Shown piece after piece: positions 23,901 to 35,614 of a stretch of DNA of 64,000 nt. Numbering within the stretch: the first letter of the stretch is position 1; the number at the start of each line of letters is the position of its first letter. This DNA comes from Chlorokybus atmophyticus. Taxonomy: Eukaryota > Plantae > Mesostigma and Chlorokybus algae. The stretch is from NCBI GenBank assembly GCA_009103225.1, contig RHPI01001037.1, forward strand, positions 124,001 through 188,000. Reading direction: 5' to 3'. Both the position numbers and the translations under genes were made by a program. Below the pieces are notes generated by a model. It saw only the letters and a program-made list of their open reading frames with translations. It did not search any database and was not told the origin of the DNA.

Positions 23901-25568
23901 GGGTTTGAGCCTCAAATAACACGAATCCTGCAGAACATGCGACCAGGCAAGCAGACTGTCATGTTCTCCGCCACATTTCCACGTTCTGTTGAAGTCCTTG
24001 CCAGGAGGGCTTTGACCGCGCCTGTTGAGATTCAGATTGGAGGTCGTAGTGTTGTCAACAAGGACATCGAGCAGGTTGTGGAAGTACGCCCAGAGGATCA
24101 ACGGTTCCTTCGCGTGCTTGAACTCCTCGGCGAGTGGTATGAAAAGGGCAAGGTAAGCTGAGTCATGCTCAAGGTCATGCAATGCTCCAGCGTCAGTGGT
24201 GATCAATGGTTTTCTTGGGCATTGCATGATTGTCTGCACCGCAGGTGCTCATTTTTGTGCAAACACAAGAGAAGTGTGACACCTTGTTCCGGGAACTCCT
24301 GAAGCATGGATATGGATGCCTCAGTCTACACGGTGGCAAAGATCAGTCTGATCGCGAGTCTACCATACAGGATTTCAAGAGCAATGTGTGCAGTTTGCTG
24401 ATAGCAACAAGTGTGGCTGCACGTGGTCTGGATGTCAAGGAGCTGCGGTTGGTTTTGAATTACGATGTTCCAAACCATTACGAGGACTACGTGCATCGTG
24501 TTGGCCGCACCGGTCGCGCTGGCAACAAGGTATTAGCATTCACTGTGTTCACGATTCAGCACTTGCAGTTCCTACGCCTGAGAAGGTTTCATCAGCAGTT
24601 TGTGCTGCGCGCAGGGAACTTCAATTACATTTATTGCGCCAGACGAAGACAGATACGCACCAGATTTGGTGCAAGCCTTGGAGTTGTCAGGGGCATCCGT
24701 TCCAGAGGACCTTAAGAAGATTGCTGACGAGTTTGACAAGAAAAGGCAGGCGGGATTGGTACATGCCCATGGCAGCGGGTATGGTGGCAGTGGCTTCAAG
24801 TTTGATGAGCAAGAAGAGGAGGCACGCAAGCAGGATCGCAAGATTCTGGCGTTGGAGTATGGGGTTGCCTTGGGAACAAGAGATGATGAAGACAGCGATG
24901 AGGACGATGAGGTGTTTAAAGCTGGCACCTTGCAAGAGAAAGCTGAGAAAGAGCGCCTTGCTGCAGCCGCTAAAGCTCAGAGCGCGACTCCGGCGCCACC
25001 TCCTGACAGCATGGAAGCAAAGGTTGCTGCCGCGCGCGCAATGGCAGAGCGCATTGCTCAACAACATGCAGAAAGGGCCAAGACGAATGCAAATGCACCG
25101 AGAATCGCTCAGTTGCAGGCTCAGCAAGTAGCATTGCAGGGCATTCTAGATTCAGAGGGGCCGGTCACTCAGGCTGCCAAGGCTGCTGCTTTTGCGGCTA
25201 TGATTACTGTGAAAGCAGAGTTGGGTAAATTGCTTGAAGAGCCCGAAGGAGGGCATGAAGCAGAAGTTGAGGTCAACGACTTCCCACAACATGCTCGCTG
25301 GAAGGTCACACACAAGGACTCGTTATCTCAGATTACCGAATACACTGGGGCTGCTATTACCACTCGTGGGCAGTACTACCCCACCGGCAAAAACCCACCA
25401 CCTGGCGAACGCAAGCTGTACCTTCTTATTGAGGGTCCTACTGAGATCAGCGTCAAGCGTGCCAAGGCTGAGATCAAACGCATACTTGAGGAAGAGACAT
25501 CCAAAGTTGCTGGAGCTTTTCCCGGCCAGCCCCAGCTACCTGGACGCTACTCTCTTACAAATGGCTAA
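20925..25568 (+). CDS. PRP5: DEAD-box RNA helicase PRP5/DDX46 (RH42-like), multi-exon
   Basis: Arg/Glu/Asp-rich N-terminus. Helicase motifs [61 protein letters not shown]-terminal [31 protein letters not shown], typical of PRP5. Confidence 0.96.
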
Positions 25569-26599
25569 GAACTGCAGTTTAGTGGCGGTGTTGCCTCGAA
25601 TTGCTGGTCTGTTCAGGTATGCGGAGCATCTTCAATCTTTCACACTGCTGCCATCTGGTCGATCGGCTAACATAGTTGTGGGGGATATCAGGTGGTGTTC
25701 TGTCACCCTGGCAGTGGCGATACCCAGTCGATTGAAGTGGCGTGGACACTAATCACCGTTGATTACGGTAGCTCACACAGTGTGCGATTATAATACACAT
25801 TGTAGTTCTGTTGCTTAGCTATGCAGCGACTGCTGCTGAAAGTTTGCAGGCTAGTGTGTGGAGCAGGAGGTCTGCGTTGAGGTATGTGTGATACCAAGAT
25901 TGATGTGTTGTGCAGGTTACGGTTGCTGCGTGCCACCCCACCGGTTGCACGGACCGGTGATCCGTTTCGCCCTACACGACACCCGCCATGCTTACAGAGC
26001 GTGCATTGGCGCTGGTTGTCACGTTGTGGTGGCTAAGTAGGGCCTATGTCTGAAATGTGCCGCTTCAGCTCAATTGATCTACGATGGGGCACTACGGTGT
26101 TAGCTGCGAAGAAGGTCTGGTGTTTGCAAGGCCAGTACAGTAAGGAAACAGAGTGGCACTAATGTGCAGCAACTCGCTGCCAGCTGCGTCTCAACTAAAC
26201 CAGTATGAAAGCACAGGGCACGTGTAGTCATACAAACGATGAAGGGTGGTCTACCCTCTGCACAATCGCGTCCATGTCGCATCAACACATGGTATGCCAT
26301 TCAGCAGAGTGACCATGCATGTCTAACAGCATCGCGCATATCCTGTACACTGCATCAACGTATTGCAATGTGCATACATGTCACAGATTACATACTCGCC
26401 AGTGCCAAACTGTGAAAGCCTGCGCGTTGGAAGGCATTGATTGTTGAAATATGTCGACGAAATTGGGTGATAAATGTGCATCAAGCTGTTGCTCTCCAAA
26501 CCCCTCAATAGTGCGGTGCGCGCATTCCAATATCAACTTTGCAAAACTTTCAACGGCCACAGGATTTCACGTGGCGCATCACCCATGGTGAGAGCCCAT

Positions 26600-28245
26600 C
26601 ACAAATACACATCTATTGGCTACAAAACACCTTAAGACCACAACAACAACAAGCCCAACATGTCAGCAGCAAGTGCGCCACAACGCTTCCCTCACCTGTG
26701 CTAGACTGCCTGCCCATGCATAGGGTAGAGTAATGGGGCCATTGGTAGCATAGCAAGCAAGCAATGCTAAGTCATGCACTTCATGCAATCAATGTGTTGT
26801 GGTTGTTTGGGTTGAACGTGCAAAGCCTGCTACCATGCCTCAAGCTTCCATTGGTAATGGGTATAGAGTAGGACGCACTGCTGGCGGTTGCAGCCGTGTA
26901 GATTGGTTGCGTTCTAGGGTTGTATGCTGTGTGTTGTGCGGTATGCATGGAGTGTGATACGTAGCATGCACACACTATCAATGTATTAGTAATGAGAGGA
27001 TTGACAATGGATATACCATATGCTATGCATCTGCCACTCAAAAAAGCGTATGTAGCGCACAGGTCATCAAAGAGGCCCAGGAGTGCATTTCCGTTTGGTC
27101 TTTCTGTTTGCTCACACCAATACACAAATATGCACAGTGTTGTGTGTTTGTTGTGTACGGTTGGTTGGTGGCAATTGGGTGTGGTATGATATCACTTACA
27201 CCGGACGCTTGTGTGTCACTAACAATAGAGGTGTCGCAATATACACATATGCACATGGTTCCAATGCCACTCGCTCGCTACTGTCAATCAGACCTATTGT
27301 ACACATAACATGTCAGATTTGCTGTTTTGGCCGCTGTCTCCACACAACCTCTTGTACCTACGGTCTTGCACTTGCACTTCATTCACGTAGACTAGAGAAG
27401 AGTCCCTGTAGGCTACAGGTGGTCGTGTGCGAATAATGTGTTGTGCATTATGTTATTTGGTTGTGATTTTGAAGCTTGGCATCGTGTGTGGCATGATGTT
27501 TGTCTATAGCCTATGATGCGATCCCGATGACTACCTTCAATACATGCATGAGAGGCAACTGTGCACAGTGGAGGCAATTGCCGTGCCACTCGTCACGTGT
27601 TGCTTCTCTGGAACTGGCGCATGTTGCTAGCATGATTCTGGCTGCACCATAATATAGCTTGAGATTAATTATTCCCTTTGTGCACTTTATGCATGGGGTA
27701 CAAGTCATAGAGAAAAGCAGACAACCCAGAACCAATTACACAGCACCACAAGTAGCAAGCAGACCAGGAACGGAGACAGGCAAGAGCAGTTAAAATTATG
27801 GGCCATCATTGATGGCAGGGGCATTACAACTGAGTACGCTATGTGCACTATGTGCTCTAGGCGGGGCGGGGCATTAGGATGTAGTAATCAGCGGCAAGCG
27901 ATGCATGGAAGGCGCATGCAGCTTGCATGGTGCTGACCTGGGGCCGTCAACACAGTGAGCGAAAAGTGAGCCCTCGAACGTGGACGTGGACGTGGACGGC
28001 AAACGCAAACGATGACAACTCCTCCACGCTTGCTTCCATGTAGCACATTTGTAGCACATTAACTCCAGGCGTTTGGCGCGGTCATCTGGGCGGGGCGGCG
28101 GTGGCATCGTGGTCGTCACCCTCGACGACCTCAGCTTCGATGGCCGCAGTGTTTGCGACTGCCTCGCAGCACGCAGCAACAAACGCCCTGCTGCCGGAGG
28201 CGACGAGAGCGCCACACCGGCCGCTCCGCAGCAGCAGGCAACCAC
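26600..28245 (-). CDS. Possible multi-exon gene for an unknown protein with a transit-peptide-like N-terminus; exon structure unresolved
   Basis: ORF 27874-28245 has an Ala/Arg/Ser-rich start and ends at a GT donor (GGCCCCAG|gtcagc). Several short AG..GT-bounded coding-like segments follow (e.g. ALLGLFDDLCATYAFLSGRCIAY; QCVLLYTHYQWKLEA). Confidence 0.3.
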
Positions 28246-28479
28246 TCACTAGGAGGTCAGCAACTGATTGAATTCAGCTCAATCAACAAGCCTTGAAGAC
28301 TGTGATAGACATTTTTGTACCGCAACATGGACGCAGCAGTGTGTTTTACTACGCACACCTTGCTTAAATTTTTGCTTAACCTGCTCAACATGCAAGTGCA
28401 TGGCAGCATGCATGCATGTTCTGACTAGAATGATGGTTACACTAGTCGAGGTGGGGGTGGTGTTGCGAAGGTGAGGGCA

Positions 28480-29062
28480 ATGGTTGCGTTGCGGGTGGAG
28501 AAGTGGGACGAGGCGAAGCACGGCCAGCTGTCCGCCGACAGGATGGCGCGCCTGCTGGCTTCTGAGGGCTACTCCGTGCAGCGATACACCTTCCGCCCAG
28601 GCACAGTGTTTTCAGGCAAGAGTTTGGTGGTGGTTCACTCAGTCAGTATTGCAAACTTGCTGATGTGATGCATGCAAGCACGCATGCACGATCAGGGCGA
28701 TGATGAGTAACACTGCGCAGACCATTCGCATGGGTGCTCAAAGAAGGATTCTATTGTTGCTGGCCGCTTCTTGTTTCGAATGGGTGGTGAAGAGGTAGGG
28801 ACGGCGCATCAGGTGTGGTCATGCACGCATGCGATTCAAGGCGTGAATCACCCGTGTTTGTGTCTTGCAACTCACCTGTTGTGCGCAGACTTGTCAGTGG
28901 GTATGCATGCTCTTCTTGCACATGTGCGTGTCATGCCTTGAAGGCCCGCTTGCGCAGGTGGTGTTGGAGCCAGGAGACATGTTGGACGTGCCAGCTGGCG
29001 CCACACATTATGCGGAAGTTGTCGGCGACGAGCCTGTTGTATTCTTCGATGCCTCCAAATAA
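28480..29062 (+). CDS. Small cupin-domain protein (104 aa, 3 exons: 28480-28615, 28721-28794, 28958-29062)
   Basis: Spliced product MVALRVEKWDEAKHG..YTFRPGTVFSDHSHGCSKKDSIVAGRFLFRMGGEEVVLEPGDMLDVPAGATHYAEVVGDEPVVFFDASK. Contains the cupin HxH motif and the PGD..VPAG..H motif. Exon lengths sum to 315 nt. Confidence 0.88.
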
Positions 29063-29500
29063 TGGGATTGCTACCTTGAACAGCTCTTTACAGTAGAAGT
29101 TCTACTGTAGAGAGCTGTGCAAGGTACAGAAGAATAAAAACAAGGTCAAACATACTGTACGCCATCATTTGTTGACGCGTGTGTATATGGTAAATAGATT
29201 GCACAAACAGTGTATTACCCTGTGTATATAAACCACATGATCGCGAACGCGGGAGGCAACTGAGAACCTATTGGGCCTGTGTTATAACCTGCATGCCCCT
29301 TTGCCAATGCACCACCTTGTTATGCTGTCAAATGGCATTGGAGGCCATCAAATAATTGCATATCATTACAAATGCTTCTATTATTCAGTTGCGTAATTTC
29401 CGGCAACTATTGGCATTGCATCGGTGCTAGCAATGGCAGCTAGCACACAAGTAACTATCTATCTATGCTCGACAACATGTACCCGAGTGACACCCGCGTG

Positions 29501-31970
29501 TCAACCAGCAGGCGCAACTGTGGGTGCCGTTTGCGGTCTGTGCTGGTGGCCGGCCAGCAGCTGCGCCTGCGCTGAGAGAAGCTGCCACTCGACCTCTTCT
29601 TTCCGCTTCATGAGCCCGATGTTCAGCTGCTTCTGGTGCTCCCCTTCCCCGTGCAACTCCTCGACACGCGCCCACAAACCCTCTATCTCCGCGGCCTTCT
29701 TGCTGACCTCCTCCTCAAGCTCCTGCACTCGCCGCTCCATGGCGGCCACCGACACGCGCGCGGATATCAACTCTTCGCGCAATGAGGACACGTCGTGTGC
29801 CAACACTGACGCTTCTGCTCGGGAAGCCTGCAGCTCTGCAGCCGTCTTTTCTGCCGACTCTGCTGCCGCCGCCATTGAACCCTCCACAGCTTGCAACCTC
29901 TCCTGCTTCGTATAGCAGATCAGTGAACAGAACAGTCATAGACATATCTACAACTGTAGTCTGTCCTACACATAGTACAAGTTGCGTGTATGCTAGTGAA
30001 TGATATTGCCCTTGCATAATATTGCATAGTGCACCTCACAACATCCATGTTACCAGCTGTGTCCTTGTCGTAGATGCTTGGCACATGCACACATCACAAC
30101 AATACAGGTATTCACGAACAAACAAATGGAACAACAACAGGCAACAGCAACCTGTGCAGCGCGGAGCTCCTGTTGCGCATGTTGTGCTTCACCCCACACA
30201 GCACGCGCCTCCTCGGCAGCAGCAGCGGCTTCGCTGTGAGCGGCGGCAAGGGCAGCCGCTTGCTCTTTGTCCCGCTGCTGCTGAGCTCGCAAGGACTCCT
30301 CCACGGCAGAGCGCGCACGGTCCAACCATTGCGCCTGTGTATGATTACCTTAGCAACAATCTTCCTTACAACACAGACAGGTTAACCCATAAACCCCCAC
30401 ATTGCGTGGTTATTGATATGGAGGTGTCCCTTGCCTGCTGATGGCGCATCTGCTCTTCGTACTCTCTTCTTGAGCGCAGGGCAGCTGCGGCCTCCTCCTC
30501 ACTGCCCTTGACCCTCACCGTCAGCATCACATTGTCCGCTTTTAGCCTAGCGGCCGCCTGCTGCTGCCGTGCCGCAGTTGCCTCCGCTGCTGCAACCCTC
30601 TCCTCTGCGCTCCTGCAAGAAAAAAAGCAATTGAATCCTGCCCATATGAGACTGATGACAAATTGTCTTTGAACACTGTTGTGCTTACCTGACGGTGGTG
30701 TTGGCCGCTTCAGCCCTCCTCTCTGCTTCCAACCTGGCTGCTGTCGCTGCCTCCGCATCAGCACGAGCGCGCTTAGTTTCTTCCTGGCAACGCCGCTCGC
30801 GTTCAAGTGACTCCTGCGATTCTGCAGGCGTTAGCGCCTTGCTATGCTCAACTGCGTGCAATCACTAAAAGCAAAGTGTGCAATGTGCATTCCTACCGCA
30901 AGTTGCTGCTGAAGTTGAAGCTTCTCGTTCGTGACGCCCTTTACTGCTGCGGCCGACTCTGACGCACCCGCAGCGCGCTGCTCTCCAAGCAAGCGCTCTT
31001 GCTTTAGCAGGCGCTTCTGCAGCTCTTCAAGCTGGCGAAAACAACTACACATAAGCACGGCCTCACAACCGACGGCAAAAACACAATGTCAAGTGTCCAT
31101 GTAAAGGGCTAGCTTGCATGGGATTGCCACATATGTAATGACAGCTTAGCACAGCTGCGGCTACTCGACACATTCCGCATGTCAGTAAGAAACACGGCAT
31201 GATTTATCTGGGCTTGTAGAGCAATCCGTCAAAAGCAGAAAACGGAAGTGCACGCTTGCAAACAATGTCACCTTGTGGATGTGTGCAACGCATTCGTGGC
31301 TTGCCACACAGCTTGATCTGCAGATTCTAACACCCGAACTGTGTTATCGATGAATACACCATGTATGCTACCTCAAGAAAGCCATCGCATGCGTGCTGAC
31401 CGTACTGCATGACCTTATGGACTGTCAAACACAACTCATACCACAGCTGGGTGTGTTTGAGACAATAACCTGTGTCTGGGCTTGTCCCAGCGCCTCTAGC
31501 CGCGCCTGCTGGCGGGTGGCATCATCCCTGGCCCTGCCCAAGGCCTGCGTGAGGCGGGTGAGGGAAGAATGAGCGGCGGCGGCGGCACGCTCCGCCTGGC
31601 GCTGGGCGCGCCTGGAGCTTGCAGTAGGGTTTGAGTAACCGCCGCTGGTGGTGGCTGCAGAGGAGCCTTGCAGCAGCTTGTACAGCGCCTCGACAGCGTC
31701 GGCGACGGCCTCGGCGGCGGCTGCGGCCGCCTCCCAGGCTTCCTGCGCACGCTCCTGGCTGTCGTGCCTGGCCTGGGGGTTAGCCTGGCCTGGAGCCTCC
31801 TGAGGGCCAGGGGCGGAGTAGGTATGACCGGTTGCGGTGGAAGGGGCGGTGGTGGTGGAGGCGACCGGCGCCATCGACGACACGTGGCGCTCAGCACGGG
31901 CGTGTACTGTCCTGGCGTCCGGGGACACGGTGAGCGCCTCGCTCGCCGCCCCGCCCGCCCTTGCCGCCAT
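29501..31970 (-). CDS. Ala/Glu-rich coiled-coil protein of unknown function, multi-exon
   Basis: Series of heptad-rich minus-strand exons (31970-31470, ~31040-30900, 30800-30690, 30610-30430, 30325-30150, 29910-29501) bounded by GT/AG. Confidence 0.7.
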
Positions 31971-32619
31971 GGTTGGTGCCGCCAGACCACCGACCGTTGG
32001 ACCATTCAAATCACTGGTACGGGTAGTACCATTGGTAGGTTAAATAGAATTTCGAAAACTTTCAATCGCCTCATCATGTCAACTAGCCTAGTTGAACTAG
32101 GGTAAGATCGCCTTACTCCGGACACTTTTACGGGCAACGGTGCTGTCAGGTTTGTGATATGGTAAGATGTGTGATTTTTTGTGTTTGTATAAATGGGCAG
32201 TTGGGCTGTCTGATGTCGTTGATATAGCATTGTTTGGTGCAGTGCAGCGTCAGCTCTGCGCCCCCAAAGACCAGTGTGTACTGACAGGCGGGTAAGATTG
32301 GCTGCTCATAATTTTGGACGGCCTGTTTTGCGTGCAGTGTTGGTAAGGTGGTGATGTTGGTGGCGGTGGGGGTGGCGGGAGAGTGCATGGCGTGAGTTGT
32401 GGGTCATTTGCAAGCAAGGCGGGCCGGCGTGGCAGTGGTTAGCTAGTCTTAAGGGTAAGTGCTAGGCATGCATGCAAGCTGTGTGTGTGCATGGTTGTGT
32501 GTTGTGTGCATAGTTGCATTGCACTGTTGCACAGTGTACAAGGGTTGTTATGTACAAGGTCTGTTAGTCTAGACGGGTAGTTGGCTATTAAAGTTCTGCT
32601 CAGCTAGCCACTGGTAGTG

Positions 32620-35340
32620 ATTTTGTACACGCATAGCAGCCTCATGCGCAGCTTGTTGCCTTGCTGCCACCGCTGCCTTACGTGCTTGCTCCGGCCTTGC
32701 AGCCTTCAGTTTGGCCTCCTTGACGAGGCGCTTCCCCTCAGCAAGCGCTGCAATTTATCCTAAATCGTGACAGACCTCACTCATGGTAGCGTCTTTTGCT
32801 ACCATAGCCTAGTGGTTGGAGCCCACTTGCTACAATGGTAACGGAACTTGACGTCACAGGTTCAATTCATGCAGGGGACTGAGGCAGATTTAAACCTTAC
32901 CTTGAAGGCAAAAAACATTTAGGGCGGCTTTGTCACGAATTGGGAATAAATTGTGACAGACCTCGCTAATGGTAGTGTCTTTGAGTACCATAGCCTAGTG
33001 GTCGTGCCCCAATCGTTACAATGCTAACGGAGCTTGACGTCTCAGGTTCAATTCGCGTAGGGAACTGAGGCAGTTCCAAGGCAAAAACAAAAACATTTAA
33101 GGCGGCTTGCCCTAGGCTGGGCGCGGGATCACGACCTGCGCGGCGAGCCAGTTCAACCTAAGGCCGCGCGAGCGGTCGCGCTGCGATGGCAGGTCGCGCG
33201 GTGAGGATGGCTGTTCAGTCGGTCAGGACCGTTCATAGGCCAAATCCAACAGGCCGCGTGCACACCGATCGTGGTACGGCCGTGACCACGGCGACGTGGG
33301 CTAGTGCTCATTGTAGACCCCATGGGTTCAATTGGGGAGGAATGTCACATTTAGGATAAATCGTGACAGATCTCACTAACGGTAGCGTCTTTTGCTACCA
33401 TAGCCTAGTGGTCGGAGTCCACTTGTTACACTGCCTTGGCGGCGTTAGCGACCTTACGCAGAGCCGCCTTCTTCAGCCTTGCCGCCTCTTTGGTAAACTA
33501 CTGCTTCGCCAGCTCTTTCATCCTTGCAGCTGCTACTTCCTTGCGTTGTTGCTCAGCCTGCTCCTTGGCTAACTGTCTGTTTTTTTTGGCCTGCAGGTAG
33601 CGAATGAGCTCTGGCGAGATGAGAATGCAGGCGCCATCCAGCTTGTGGAACTCCTCTTCCTCCTCCTCCTCTTGAGCCTCGCCCCCCCCGTACTCCTCCT
33701 GCCATGTTGACTGGCCTGCATCCAGCAAAGCAGCAGTAAGGGCATCCCCTTGCAGAGGTGGCTGTGCTGCATGCTCTGTGATGTCAACTCTGAGCTGGTT
33801 GTCCAGTGCATGCCTGTTTCCTGGCCACAGCCCTGCACAGGTGTTAGTCTCGTGTGTGTATGCATTTGCTGTGCTTGCATGTGTGTGTATGCATTTGCTG
33901 CCTCTCACCACATGCTTTTAAGCCATTCGTTATGTTGGTATAGGACGTTGCCAGCATGAAAGGCTTTGCAGTCAACTTTACAAACTTACCCTTCGTCATG
34001 CGGTCTAGGTTGTTGTCTGCCTTATGCTTGTGGTGCTCTGCACGGTAACAAGCCTTGAAACTGGCAAAACACATTCAAGACTTGCATAAGTGGAGGTAAA
34101 GTTATACATAGTGACTTGGTTGGTGTGCATGCCTTTGTGTGAATTGAATTGTGTGTGAATTAAATTGCCTGCGTGTGATTTGCTAATCTGCATTGCGTGT
34201 GGCAGGTGGGGGGCAAGAGGATGATGTGTACACCGCGATCTCTGGCTCTGATGATAAGGTCTAGCTGCATTCTGCTGCTGTGGCCATTGATGACGAGGTT
34301 GCAAGGGTTGTCTATGCTGGCACCACCAGGTACCCACTTCATAAAGTGCTCAAAGCAGGCTGCAAAGATCTCATTCGTCATGTAAGCGTTCTCCTATTTC
34401 ACACAGCACAGGGTGAGCATTCAGAGCTCGCATGGCACAAGCACAGCACTGCATATGCGCCTGCATGCCAACCATGCTGCTTATGGGGGCATACCGTATG
34501 TAGTCCTTTGTCCTGCGTTGGCCCTTGAGTATGTATAAGGGGGGCATGCTTGTCTCAGCAGCAGACATATATGCCATAATGGGGATGTGCTGATGGTTCC
34601 CCATCTTCATATGAGAAGGGTGATTGTACCCTCTGGGTGCAATCACTTTTACAGTGCCTACATATGTGTGCATTGTCAGTCTTACACTACACGGGTGCAT
34701 GAATGCCATTGCTAACATGTGCTATGCTAACCTAGGTTGTCTGGCTCCAGACCTGTCTCATCTGCATTGAAGATCCTCCATGCAGGGATGTCTAACTCCG
34801 GCAGCGGAAGGTATAGGTCAAAGAACTTGTCAGCGTTGCTACGTGTGGCAGCCCTGTGGTGACCTTTGTCCAGCCCCTCAGCTACTCTTCGGGTCAAGTT
34901 TTACTTCTTGAAGTAGAGACGGCACCACTTTGGTCCAAGCAGCAGCAGTTTGCCAAACCTTTGCAGTCTCTCTTCATCCCCCCTCAGCAATTGCAACACC
35001 TAGTAGGTAAGCAATGAAGTTAGGTGAATTGCTTGCTTTGCACAACAAACTTGCATTAGGCATAACACACTTGCTTGTCGTTGCAGAGCGAACACTGTGG
35101 GATCATGATCAATGTGTCACACATCTTGTGCACCCACTCACATAACTCGCGCTGCTCAGCTATGGTCAGGATGGCAGCCTTGCCAGGGCTGCAAGGACGT
35201 GTGAGCTTGTCTGGGTCGTACAAGTAGACAGACAGGGTGCTACGTGGCACCCCAATGCTAATGACTGCCTTCAAGGCAAGTTGCACGAGCAGCGATACCA
35301 CTCCTGCCTAGATCTGCTTAATGGCCTGAGCAATTTGAGC
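32620..35340 (-). pseudogene. Intron-containing pogo-type DDE transposase pseudogene
   Basis: HTH GVPRSTL..EQRELCEWV, RIFNADETG (first catalytic D), SMPPLYILKG, LVINGHSSR (second D to N), ILLPPTCHT..QVLNV..FASFK (third D apparently N), and a basic coiled-coil tail. Contains stops and a TRIM insertion. Confidence 0.85.
32752..33430 (+). mobile_element. TRIM family 2, tandem/nested structure: LTRa(5'-damaged) - partial internal - LTRb - internal - LTRc
   Basis: LTRa ends at 32834. LTRb 32931-33020 and LTRc 33343-33430 have TGTCAC..GTTACA ends. PBS-like atggtaacggaac / atgctaacggagc. PPT ggggaggaa. CTGC duplication at 32748-32751 and 33431-33434; removing the insert restores the transposase frame AAKAALAEGKR. 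Confidence 0.9.
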
Positions 35341-35411
35341 AAGGGATTCTTCTTTTGCTGCCCATGAGATATGTATGCCTGATTCGGGGGGGGGGGCTTA
35401 AATTTTTGCTT

Positions 35412-35614
35412 NNNNNNNNNNNNNNNNNNNNNNNNNNNNNNNNNNNNNNNNNNNNNNNNNNNNNNNNNNNNNNNNNNNNNNNNNNNNNNNNNNNNNNNNN
35501 NNNNNNNNNNNNNNNNNNNNNNNNNNNNNNNNNNNNNNNNNNNNNNNNNNNNNNNNNNNNNNNNNNNNNNNNNNNNNNNNNNNNNNNNNNNNNNNNNNNN
35601 NNNNNNNNNNNNNN
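35412..35614. other. Assembly gap (N run)
   Basis: Run of n. Confidence 1.

Noticed and set aside
21717-25127. Antisense ORFs overlapping PRP5 (e.g. 23607-24239, 21799-22209)
   Set aside because: Shadow ORFs of a GC-rich, highly conserved coding strand. The same applies to the ORFs opposite the kinesin, SUT and coiled-coil genes.
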